From assembly GCA_012295275.1 (NCBI GenBank), contig CM022679.1, positions 14,322,001-14,386,000 of the forward strand: a stretch of 64,000 nt of DNA, in the 5' to 3' direction. Below the pieces are notes generated by a model that saw nothing but the letters and a program-made list of their open reading frames with translations, had not been told where the DNA came from and did not search any database. The stretch comes from Chrysomallon squamiferum (lineage: Eukaryota > Animalia > Mollusca). The position numbers and the translations under genes are program-made. This document shows positions 40,523-53,021 of this stretch, one piece after another (within the stretch, counting starts at the first letter, position 1; every line of letters begins with the position of its first letter).

Positions 40523-43500
40523 ATGGAGCCTACAAACATTACGCTACACGAACCAGTGTATTCCAGCCATTTTATGGGAAACAGGGGAGATAATTCATAC
40601 ATGCAGCAGAGATCTATAAGATCCAGCAGTGCCTACAGCAGTGGTGTCTTCTCGGGCTTTGACAGTTCACACATGTCAGACGAGTCTACCAGTTCAAACA
40701 GAGGAACTGATGATGTCTTCAGAACTGACTACGTGAGTGGTGACTCACAGAGCAAGATGCATCTCACTCACAGAACAAATGTTATTGATGACAACAGCAG
40801 AAGCTACTTAAGAAATCCTCAAAAGATTGAGAGTAGAACATTAAGAAACAGATCGCCAGTGTACGAACCTCTCTCCAAGCAGAGAAGTTATGGGAAAGAC
40901 ACTGAGAGTTACAGAAACAACAGGGCTGATCTTTTTAATATTAAAAATGGTTGCGTGGATTCCAGTTCAGTTTCAGACAATGCAAGACGTGATAATTTTG
41001 CGCGTGACAGGCAGGAACAACAGAGGCAGGAAGAATTCAGAAAAAGGGTGGAGGACCACTTCCAGCGATTGGTTGAGCAGGAAAAGCTGTCTCCAGATAC
41101 AGCCAGTGTCCTCAGTGATGCCTTTGCTAAAGCTGAGGTAAGAGCTAAATATGGTAAATCATCTGTGTCAGGTAGTTCAGCTCATGAGTCAGGCTTTGGT
41201 AAAACTGTTCATGAATCAAGGAATGCATCGTGTGAGAAGAAGAGATCAGCGGAGAAAGATTTAAAAAACAAGGCAGATGAAACAGAAAAGGTGCCTCCAC
41301 CACATGTAATACTGACAGAAGCAGTTAAACAGAGTTCTTCAAAACCCAGTGGAAAGCTTGTGGAACTGAATAAAGGTACTAAAACTGGGAGGAAAATCGA
41401 ACCAATTGTTCTGCCAGAGAAAGGATTTTACTGGGTGAAGCAGAAGTCAACTGCAACATCAGAACATGGTGGAAACAAAGCACATTCTTCACATGGATCA
41501 GTAACAAGTGAAAGATCCTCAAGACTGGATCCACACACTTACCAGTCTTATGCTGCAGGAATTCTTTATTCCTCAGGAAGGTCAGAGAAGTTCCTCAACT
41601 TACAGAAACATTTTGCAGTGCTGGAAAGAATCTCTGAAATAGGAGACAAGTCTGCTACCAAAAAAGACATTGTGATGCCTTCTCGTCCACTGAGTCTGGA
41701 TCCTTCGGACTACAGCAAGATGATTCCCAGCTGTGACTTTGACACTGCTGATGAGCTGAACGAACTGTACTCAGAACTAGAAGAGGCCAAAAAGAAAAAG
41801 GAATTCTTCTATTCCACCAGCAGTTTGTCTCAGATACAGTGGTCTCCAGAGAAAGACAAAGGACTTCGCCAGAAGCAGAAGTCTTTGAATGACATTAAAG
41901 CCTCTTACATAGAAGCTGTGGAAGGAGGCAGTGGAACTGCAGGCCAGAAACAAGAAGAGATTAACAGAGCTGTTCCTTTCTCTAAAGTGAGTGAGAAGTA
42001 TAAGATAATGGAGGAGAAACAACACTTTTCAGAGAAGAGAAGCAGAATGATGAATTCTGAAGACAAGGAAAAGAAGTCTAGTGATCAGAGAACACCAGGA
42101 GTCCAGCCAACTTACGATGACTCAAAGAGGAAGAAATATGAGAGGCCCATCTATGGAACAAACATAGAACAGATTCCACTGAACAAGTATGAGATACATG
42201 TTCAGACCATTAAAAAGCTTTCAAAATCTGAGCCCAATATAAACACACTTCATGTGAGGTCAATATCAGCACCTCATCATGATTTTGATGATGATGTGAA
42301 CAGTGGTAAACTTCAAAGATCAGATTCAGCAAAGGATTCCTATTTTGGAATCGATGAAACTATTACAGATTCTGACACCAGCACCATCACTGTGAAATCC
42401 AATACCCTGCCTAGAGAACATTTACAGGTGAAAATGGATGGTAAAAGTGATTTTAGGAAAACATGTGAATCTGGAGTTGGCATTTCTAACCTGAAGTCAA
42501 AGTTTGATACCAAAAAAATAGGTCTGAACAACTTGAACACAAATCCTGGTGACAGTATTAAAACCAGTGAAAAAACATCCAAAATATATCCAATAACCAT
42601 TAAGAATAGACAACTAGAAAAGAATAAAACAGATTCTCTGCCCAGTCAGAGGGGAGACACAACAAAGAGAGAAGAAAGATCATCTTTCAATTCAGTCAGT
42701 AGATATCAGTATGGTTCTGGGACTGAAGATCGTTATTCCTTCCTCAGAGGAAAATCTCCAACTGACTCTGGCCAGCACAAAGTGTCTAATACTTCCGATG
42801 ACCAGAAACTGCAACAGATGTCAAGTAGTGCTCTCAATTCCAATCTGACTGCATCTCCAAGTATTCCAAGTAGAAATGTTCCAGCATTCACTTCTGAACA
42901 CAAGTCTAGTGTCCCCATTCGACAGGTCAGCACTGTGGCCACATTTAAGGTGAAGGATTACAGAAAGCTGGCAGAAAACAATGAATTTGCTCAGAGCAGT
43001 TTTGTGGCTCAGTGTAAAAAGCCAGCAGTTGTGAACAGTTCTTCTCAAAATGTTTGCCCACCTCCTAGAGGGGAATCTCTCTATGCTGTTACCTCCATGG
43101 ATGAAGCTGGTTTAGGCAACTATGGCCAGTTAAGAAAATGGAAAGGAATTTCTGAGCACATAGATCAGGAGACAGATCAGGAGAAACATGTAAAGAATGA
43201 TTCTGAACTGACTACCAGCAGCACTGGAACGTTTATTGTTAAAACCAGTGATGAAGATGATGATGATAAATATTGCAAACCACACAACTCCAGAAATTAC
43301 TGTCAAAGAATTTATGGACAGACAACATCTCTGAAAAAAATTAACTCACGTTCAGAACCTGATCTTGCTTCTAAGAAACCCGAGGGTTCATCTCCTTCTC
43401 TGAATTACAATGGGTTTAAGAAAGGTTTGGAATCAGTTCCCCAACAGCCTCTTGCAGATGGAATTAAAAACAGTCATTCCTATTCTGACAAACTAAATGT

Positions 43501-44276
43501 GAGACCAAAGTCAGGAGACTTGTCTGAAATAAGCAGAAAGTGGGGATATGACTCCAAATTCAGGAAAATAGATCAGACTTCAAATCCAGCTGCTCCTTCA
43601 GAATTAAACAGCTCTGAACAGTCTTCTCCTCCAAGACCTCCAAGACCTGCAGGAATTAATTACGACCCTTATATCCCTCCTGATGATATCATGAAGGAGG
43701 TGTGCAGTGTCAGTGATGGGAGAAAGAAAGAGGCATTACCAAAGACCCATTCTCCATCCTTGGTCAGCAAGATGACTCTAGAGTATCTGGACCACATTGG
43801 TGGAGAGTGGAAGAAGACTGGAGCCAGTAAAACGAACTCATCTTTCAGAGTAGCTAGTCCTGCAGTGCACACATACAATTCTGAAACCAACAGAAAAAGA
43901 GATCTTCAGAGTTCAACTGCTTTTAGGTTTCCAAAACGTCCAAACTATGAAAAGTTCAGCTCACCACTGCTCATCAGAAATGACACAGAAAAATCTTCAA
44001 CCACTGGAACTCGGAGTGAAGAGAAATCAAGAAATCTGGAACACAACTTGCAGACAAACAACAGACATTCAAATACAGGCGGTGGGGTGCCGGAAATAAC
44101 TCCCCCAGTTCCACCAGCATCCCCCCACCCCCCACCCCCACCACCCCCTGCACCTCTTGCATCAAGATCTTCAAAGCTGGAAGATAAAAATGTGGCAGGC
44201 AAATCGGGAAAGATCTCTATAACAGCAGATAAGTCTGGTATCAGAGTTGGGATTTACGTGTCAGAGCAACATGAAG
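40523..44276 (+). CDS. Giant (3754 nt coding) alternative SORBS exon with its own ATG; mostly low-complexity S/K/E/R-rich, proline-rich end
   Basis: Uninterrupted 1259-aa ORF (to 44302), aaatATGG start context, in-frame TAA at 40511, phase-1 donor AAG|gtatta after 44276 compatible with the exons at 45776 and 48823. Confidence 0.85.
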
Positions 44277-45134
44277 GTATTACAGGGAATTTCTACTGGT
44301 AATGGTTTTCAGTATCACATTTTAGTTTGTATCTTTCAGTCTGTTGTTGTCAGGTGTGGGATTTCTTCACCTTTATTTTATATTTTTTTTAAACATTTTG
44401 TCAAAGCACTTAAGAAAAATAGCAGTATTTGTAAAAGAAAAACAACAACATTTTGAACATATCTGAAATTTTGGCTGTTTGATACAGTGTTTTGTTAATA
44501 ATGTTTTATTGTGAAGATTATACTAATACACAATATTATTGTTGTTATTAAAATAACAGTAATTACAAGAGAAAAAAAACATTCTTTATATATCAGAGAT
44601 TATTAATTAATATATTTTATTATTTATCTATGAAAAGCCATCACAACAGAAAAACATTCAGTGGATAATTTTATATAATCTGAAATGTAAAGAAACAGTT
44701 CAAAGCTATTTTTCTTTCCCTGACTTAGTGTTATATGTTCACATCTTTCACTTAAAAGATCATCCATTTTATCACTGTTCTATTTTGGTTTTTAACTGAG
44801 TCATTTTATCTCAAGTTTATAATTATTATTTTTTTTTGCTGGTGTACAAATGTTAAGCGGTATACTATCTACTTGTTTTTTTTGTTTTTTTTTATAGCAA
44901 AGCACATCCCAGAAATACTCAAACTGTTTTTTAAGAATATTTTGCACTTTTTCTTGATGTTTTTTTGTCTTATTGAAATTTGAGAAGTTTTCTGTTCGAT
45001 TGTTGTTAATGTGTGGGTTTATTGTTTTTGTTTGTTTGTTATTTATTATATTTAAGAGTCAGAAAATGGAAGCATTCTATTCTCTGTTTCTCTGTCATAC
45101 AGCCCATCTTTCTCTCTTGCTTGCTTCTTGTTTC

Positions 45135-45174
<40 letters not shown>

Positions 45175-45428
45175 GTCTGTCTTTGTCAAAGATTCCTATA
45201 AACAAAAAATATTAATAATCATTAGAATACATTTCAGTTAAAATGATTTAAGTTATCTTCCTAAAAACAAATTCACTCAAAAAATAATGAAATATATATC
45301 TGTGTAGAGGGCCAATTTATTTATTTATTTATTTATTTACTTATTAAAAATGACAAGATAATTTCACACTGATTTCATCTTTTCAAGACCATGCATACCT
45401 TTGTACTAAAAATCAAATTCCTTTTGCA

Positions 45429-45469
<41 letters not shown>

Positions 45470-45775
45470 TCCAGTCTTGACAGTGGAATGGCTTGTTCCT
45501 GCTTTTTGTTACATTAATAACTTTTAAAACAACAAACACTTTTCTTTCAGTTCTTGTTTTTCATTTATACCACAGTTGTGTTTTTGCTATCATAAACCCA
45601 TTTGTTTCTTCCTTTCAGCAAGTTTGTGCACAACAATTTTTCGTTTTATTACCATTTTTACTATTACTATTATTTCACATTTATTAATTCTCAAAAATTA
45701 TTTTCCTAAGTTGCTTCTTCATATTTTTATTTTTTTGTTATTTTCTCTTCTCTCTCCACCTCTGCATGTTTTTAG

Positions 45776-46060
45776 AAAACCCAGACATGACATCTAGCAC
45801 TACTGCTACCACAGCTTCCTCCCAGTTCACAACTACAACAGCAGCAACACCACCACCACCGAACGAGGCTAGCAAAGTAACCAAACCTTCCACACTATCC
45901 CAGAATTCCACTGTCAAAGTTCCGAGCCCTCCGATTCGTTCAAACAAATCGCCCGCCCTCCCCAAAACAAGGCTAAGGCTGCCACAGAGCTGCCTGCCCG
46001 CAGCCCAGCAGCTTAAGGTCAAAAGCCCGCCATCTTTGTTAATTACAAATGAAAACGGAG
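45776..46060 (+). CDS. SORBS cassette exon, 285 nt, phase 1-1, Thr/Ser/Pro-rich (ENPDMTSSTT...PSPPIRSNKSPALPK...TNENG)
   Basis: Long pyrimidine tract plus tttttag acceptor, GAG|gtatta donor, open frame with PxxP motifs. Confidence 0.75.
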
Positions 46061-48822
46061 GTATTAAACTATCAACTTTCTCCTTAGCTTGATGCCTAAT
46101 CTCCAGAGACGTTGTCGCTGCTGCTAACCCCTCTGTCTGCTTCATCCATTCAGAATAACTCAGAAATGTGTGATGTGCCACTAATGCCTCTAGCTTCATA
46201 ACAATAACCACGAGAATTTTGAATATATTTTCTAATAATAATAATAATAATAATATTAATAATAATAATAATAATAACAGTAAAATAATAATAATAATCT
46301 TATAAATGTTTGATGGTTTCTAATTGGATTTATATATTATTTGTTTATTTTAAATTTCAAAATCTGTTTTATAAATGTATAATTATAACTTGGTTGGTTA
46401 ATTAATGTACATGGTGCTTGCTTTTGAATTTATATATTTCTGTTTACAAAATGTATATATATATATTTTTATTATTTTAAATTTGTTTATAACACATACA
46501 CACATATATGAATTAACAAATGGAATTTAAAAAAATATATATATTAGCTTGATATTGCTGGGAGCCAGGATAATAGCATTTGATTAACTTTAGCCTGTTT
46601 TTATTGGGTAATACTTTTATTTTTAATTTTCAAGATATTGTTTTTATTTTGTTGTTGTTACAATTATTATTATTATCATTATTATAATTATTATTTTTGT
46701 TTTTTGGTTTAAAAAAAAAAAATAACAACATACTCTTTTTCTCATCATTACTTTTTCAGTTTTCAAAATAATAATTAAAAAATAAACAATAATTATTAAT
46801 TATTATTTTTTTAATATCCTGAATCAGGATCTAATGTCCTTGCTCTTTATAATTTTGTTATATTTTTTCCCACACCAACCAGCAGTATATTTACAATATA
46901 TACAATATATTTCCTATACCACACACCAGTGCCTTATCTTATGTATGTAATATCTTGTATGTACTATAAAAATACACATAAAAAAAAGATCCCTTGCTTG
47001 TTACCAGTAATAGTAAATACAATGCAGTGAGAGTGAGTGAGTTTCTTCTTTAAAATAACAATTTTATAAGAACTGGGTGTCTGGTTTATTACAACCATTA
47101 ATATTATAATACATTCATTTATTATTCATTCATTCATTCATTCAATTATCCATTAATTTATCCATTTTCTTTCATTTGGTCAGTTATAATTGTGACAAAG
47201 AAAAAAAAAAAGAAAAAAGAAAGAGTTACAGATAGGAAAATATTAGCAAAAAAGCCCAGACTAAACATATATTGGTAAATTTGTACAATAACAGAATTAT
47301 TTATAGAGAGAAAATTTTAATAACAGTGAATTAAAAAATAAAAAAGTTATAAGAAGCAGATGTTACTAAGGACAAACAAATCAAATACACAGACTTCAAT
47401 ATGGACTAGAACGATGTTAATATGATACAGCTGCATGACATAAATTATATATGTCCTGTATATCTGTGACTAATAATGTTATTTAGTATGTTACTGCATC
47501 ATGTGATAATTACTGTATATATCTAGTAATATAATACTTATTATTATTACCATGGCACAAAAAAAAAATGTTCATCAAGTGTTTTATTTCATTAAGAATA
47601 TAAATTTTAAATTCATATTTAAATCCAGGCATTTGAGAAATTATTAAAGGAATTTAATCTAGTGCAGCAGTGCATATTTATTTATTTATTTTTGTATTTA
47701 TTTATTTTATTAGCATTAATAGTAAAAGCTTAAAACTGTAGGATTAATTTTAATAACAATAATTACAAGATATAATAATTTTATGTATATGTACATATAC
47801 ATATCATATATAACATTATTATTACAAAATATATCTTAGTACAGCTTAGTTGCTGAACTCAAATAATTCTTAAATCCATTTCCACCTCCACTGTTAATAA
47901 ACCAATACCTTTCTACATGGTCAGTACGTTTTGTCAATACATTAAATTTAGAACACATTTTATCACAAAGTTTTACATTTCCTCTGTGCCAATATGTGTT
48001 ACACTTGGCCAAGTTAACAAGTTGGCACCAGGCCAGTCTAAATGTGTAACATGAAGAAAAAGTATTCTTATCTACAAAGTATTAGTTTTACCAAGTTGAC
48101 ATTTTGACGTCTACATTAACCCCTGCAGTGATTATGGTTATATACAGTTTCTTTGATTTCTTGACTTGTATTGGTCACATTTTGGTGTCCCCAAGAACCA
48201 ATTGTTTTCTTCTTTGTCTTCTTTGGAATATTTATTGAGTATCTTTTTTAAAACAGTTTTGTGATGTATATATAAAATTATGTTGTAGTTAATGTAGAGT
48301 ACTATGAAAACTTTTTTTTTCAATGTCTAATTATTTTAATTTTTTTTTTTCAATATCTTTTTTTTTCTTTTCTTTATTCTTTGTTATATATTTTTTATAA
48401 TTGATGCTGACAAAATGTTTGCTGTTCATATTTATAAGTTGTGTATGGTTTAATTGAATGATGATGAAATAATGATGATGATGATAATTTAGCTATGTAA
48501 TTTGAAATATGAATGACAAAAAAATTAAAATAAAATAATAATAAAATTATTAAATCAATAAATAAATATATTAATTATAGTAAACAAATAAAATAAAAGT
48601 ATATAATTATTATCTTGAGTGCATTTCACTGGAATCTGTATTAAATGATAAATTCAGCCATTTTAAATTTTCCTTTCTATAATTATGATCTGATTTCCAT
48701 TCATAAATTGTTTTGTTGTTTATATTTTAAATGTTATTTTGTTTGTTTCTTTATTTTCTATCTCATTATTATTAAATTTTGTTTTCAACATCACATTTAG
48801 ACTTTTTTGAAAACCTTTTCAG

Positions 48823-48923
48823 TGTTCCGTCACCCAACCACAGATGTCTGTCGGAAACAGCCAATCACAGAGAAGGAAAGACGAAGAAGGGAAGAAGAGG
48901 AATTGTATCGGAAGAAACGATTG
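48823..48923 (+). CDS. SORBS exon, 101 nt, phase 1-0 (VFRHPTTDVCRKQPITEKERRRREEEELYRKKRL)
   Basis: ccttttcag acceptor, TTG|gttagt donor, purine-rich coding frame. Confidence 0.88.
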
Positions 48924-50464
48924 GTTAGTAACTTCTTATTGTCATAATACATGTATATGTACATAGTTTCAAGTTCCTTTTTTCATCTAATTACATCAGG
49001 ATATATTTTGGAAGAAATATATATATATATGTATATAAAATGGGAGAGAAAAAGCCAGTATTTCATGGATTATGACATATATGATATACATTATGTCAAT
49101 ATATAATATAATGACATATATAATATACATGTGTATTTTGTATAATTTTAATACTCAAGTTACTGCATTTTAATTTTTGCTGGTGTTATTTCAAAACAAA
49201 CACCCTATAACATACAAAACAGTAACAGAATATTTCTGGAATTAGGTCATTTACAGAAATGAACATAATTGATATGTGTTGTTAAATATATGTTGGTGTT
49301 TTATGAAACAAATTACATATGTACCACCCATCAAGAGGGGGGATAAAAAAAAGTATATCATGAACTACAGCATTTATAGCATACAAACATCATGTTTGTA
49401 TTTTGTATAAACAAATAACTTAAGCTTACTGTATATTTATGGCAAATATTATATTATACTTGTTGATGCTACTGAAAGTGCCATATATAATAAAAGATAT
49501 AAAAATAAAAGCATAAAAAAAGGAACATAATGAATGTTTCCAGTTTTACAAGAATTTATTACATATGAACATCATTTGTATACTGTTATCAGTTGTCGTT
49601 TTTTATTACTAAAAATACAACCCTTTACCATCTCTTACTTATTGTGACTATTAATAGCATATTATTAAAAACTAAAGGAAATAGGAATTACATAAAAGAT
49701 AATTACATTCACAGCATGTTAACTTATCAGTGTTTTGATAAAGACCAGTTTATCTTTTGGTATCTTTAAATGTATATTATCGGCAACCATTCTGAATAAA
49801 CAAACACTTTTTCTCTTAAAGTTACACCCACACACACACACATTATTTCAAAGATTCAAACATATTTGTTTATAAGAATGTAGGAAAAAAGAAGAAGAGC
49901 AACAACAACAACAAACAACATAATGGTGTATGTGTGTATTTATCCAGTCATAGTGTATAACACATATAGACCATGAAATAACAGCAGTATTTCACAGGTC
50001 ATGCAACACACTGTGTATTATTACATGGACTGTATTCACTGAATGCTGTATGTTGTAAGAATATAAAAAGTTAACAGTTTATTACATAAACACATAAGCT
50101 GCTGTTTGACGTTGTGGAGTGTTTACTGGCCTGTACAGTTGATTTCACTCAGTTGTCTGTTGGTCTTAGTAAACATGGAACTTACAGTCAGTGTGAAAAA
50201 AATATATTATTCAGTATAGAATAAAATAGTTTAGTTTAGTATGTTATATAGCATTGAATAGTAGAGTATATTATGGTATAGTTTAGTTAGTACATTTTAT
50301 TTTAGTTTATTTTAGTTTATTTCACAGATAGATATATGGTTATATATTGATGTTAATTTACAAAGACTATGTTAATTTATTTTGACTGTCCTAGAAGTAT
50401 CAAAATTTGCATTTTAAAATGATAACATTTTTCTGTCTTAAAATTGTTATTGTTGTTCTTACTG

Positions 50465-50815
<351 letters not shown>

Positions 50816-51107
50816 TATTTATTTATTTGGTTTTATTACATAAAAAAAAAAATCTATAATCATTATGAAATCTTAAAATCGTGCATCTATTCATTTATTT
50901 ATCTTTAATTAAGTTCTTGCTTACCAGTTCCACCATCACACCTGACTTCACACTAACCTCGTTACTTAAGGAATCCCCATAGCTTGGCAGTCTTTTCCTT
51001 TTCATCTTTTTGGTGATGTAGCCTGTTTGGAGATAACACTGAATATTCTCTCTGCATATTATTAATTAAAGTTTGGTGAATAATTTCAGTATCTGTATTA
51101 TTCTCAG

Positions 51108-51193
51108 GAACAGCTGTATGAGGAGGAGAAGCAGCGTAAAATACAGCAAGAAGAAGCAGACCAGCGAGCCCGCAAACACTCGGACTTCTTCAC
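51108..51193 (+). CDS. SORBS exon, 86 nt, phase 0-2 (EQLYEEEKQRKIQQEEADQRARKHSDFF)
   Basis: attctcag acceptor, CAC|gtaagt donor; joins the next exon to give R+HxDxFTPSQKSPIPL. Confidence 0.92.
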
Positions 51194-51214
51194 GTAAGTC
51201 TGCAGCGTCCTCTG

Positions 51215-51600
51215 TACTGTGAACAATATTTTACATTTATTGTACACTGTGAACAATATTTTACATTTATTGTACACTGCGAACAATATTTTACATATAT
51301 TGTACACTGTGAACAATATTTTACATATATTCTATGCTGGTCCACTGAACAGTATTTTACATTTATTGTATACTGTGAACAATATTTTACATATATTGTA
51401 TACTGTGAACAATATTTTACATTTATTTTATACTGGTCCAGTGAAAATATTTTACATTTATTTTATACTGTGAACAATATTTTACATATATTTTATACTG
51501 GTCCAGTGAACAAAATTTTACATTTATTTTATACTGGTCCAGTGAACAATAGTTTACATTTATTTTATACTGGTCCATTGAACAATATTTTACATATATT
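51215..51600. repeat. 30/36-bp minisatellite (actgtgaacaatattttacatttattgtac), about 12 copies
   Basis: Tandem copies starting about 20 nt after the donor at 51194. Confidence 0.92.
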
Positions 51601-51736
51601 TAAAAAAATATTAACAATATTGTTTTTATCATTATTACTAATACTACTATTATTAATATTGTTATTATTGTTACTACTATTAGTACTATTAACATTATTG
51701 TTATTATTACTATTATTGTTATTTTTGTTATTTCAG

Positions 51737-51889
51737 ACCCAGTCAGAAGTCTCCTATTCCACTCGACAGATTTGACAATGTGCAGCCTGCTCCAGGTGGG
51801 GGGTTAACTGTTCCCCCAGAGAGAAGACGTGGATTTCAGATCCAAGGCAAAGCTAGAGCTCTTTACAACTTCAAAGCACAGAATCCCAG
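51737..51889 (+). CDS. SORBS exon, 153 nt, phase 2-2, start of SH3-A (PSQKSPIPLDRFDN...KARALYNFKAQNP)
   Basis: tatttcag acceptor, CAG|gtaata donor, ALYxF SH3 signature. Confidence 0.94.
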
Positions 51890-51990
51890 GTAATATTACT
51901 GTTTGTAACTTCAAAGCACAGAATCCCAGGTAATATTACTGTTTGTAACTTCACTGAACAGAAAACCAAGTAATATCATTATTTGTTTCT
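51867..51990 (+). repeat. 40-bp tandem duplication spanning the exon donor (2 exact copies, 1 degenerate)
   Basis: aacttcaaagcacagaatcccaggtaatattactgtttgt at 51867 and 51907, with a diverged copy at 51947. Confidence 0.92.
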
Positions 51991-52638
51991 TCATTGCACA
52001 AATTTACAGTAATTTGACAAAACCTTTTTTAATTGTGTCATCCTTTTGTCAAACAAATTGTTCTGCAAATACAGATTTTTTTAAAGCTGTAATTCTGTTT
52101 AAAATTCTGATTATAATGTATGTTTTTGTCAGCTTAAATTTAATACATGTATTTACAATTATTATGATTTAGAAAAATTATTATTCTGTGATAATAAAAA
52201 TGAATTTCTGCAACATGGAATATTTGGCGTGATCTATTGTTGGAACAATCACCAAACTACATGGAAAACAAATAAAAATTAATATATAATTCACACAGAT
52301 GTAAAATTAATTGTATTTGCAAGTTGTTTTCACCTATTACAGTAAGTCTTTTGTTAAATGTTGTTAGATATGACAGATGAAAAATAATGGGTTGGAACAA
52401 AAGTTAAGAATTTTTTCAAAATGAATTTCAAAGACTGTATTTAGATATTTCTACATAGATTCATTCAGCCATGTATAAACCACTTTGTTCCTTTTGCCAT
52501 CTTTGAGACAGCTTCATGATTCATCCTCCGGGAACTTGGCATCTTTCAGCATGATGAAATGATCTGAACATTGTTGCAGCCCAATACAGTATGACTTGTT
52601 ATTAGGATGTTGTGTTAGTGAACTGTTTTTCATTGCAG

Positions 52639-52752
52639 GGAGCTGAGTCTGAAGAGAGGGGACATTGTTTACCTACTGAGACAGATTGACAAAAACTGGT
52701 TTGAAGGAGAGAGATATGGGTAGTGGGTCATTTCCCAGTCAACTATGTCGAG
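52639..52752 (+). CDS. SORBS exon, rest of SH3-A ([38 protein letters not shown]); apparent 1-nt deletion near 52720
   Basis: cattgcag acceptor, GAG|gttcgt donor. The exon is 114 nt where 115 is needed, and as written it has TAG at 52721. Confidence 0.9.
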
Positions 52753-52910
52753 GTTCGTTCATTATTTTTTAATCTTGAATTGTTTTTGAAATCACACATT
52801 GCAGTTGATTCATATTTTCAATAGGGTGTAGTTTGAAAATTTGTTGTTTGAAAGTTTGTCTGAGATGTAATGGAAATGAAAACATGATGTTTTTGTTTTT
52901 TCCAAATCAG

Positions 52911-53021
52911 GTGCTGACTTCAATAGAGGCTGCCAAAATGGCTGCAATGCAATCAGAAGGACAAGCCAAAGTGAAGTACAACTTCACAGCACAGTCCAAT
53001 GTAGAACTGTCTCTTAGAAAG
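52911..53021 (+). CDS. SORBS exon, 111 nt, phase 0-0, start of SH3-B (VLTSIEAAKMAAMQSEGQAKVKYNFTAQSNVELSLRK)
   Basis: ccaaatcag acceptor, AAG|gtaagc donor, GxAxxKYNFxAQxxVELSLRK typical of SORBS SH3-B. Confidence 0.94.

Noticed and set aside
40523-44302. Transposon or retrogene ORF inserted in an intron
   Set aside because: No RT, integrase, transposase or gag motifs, and no LTR, TIR or poly(A) tail seen. It is on the same strand as the host gene and has a phase-compatible donor.
41777-46211. Antisense ORFs overlapping the large coding exons
   Set aside because: Expected shadows of GC-richer coding sequence on the + strand.
46984-47000. aaaagatcccttgct, reminiscent of a gastropod SINE core
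   Set aside because: Too short and too decayed in its flanks to call without a repeat library.
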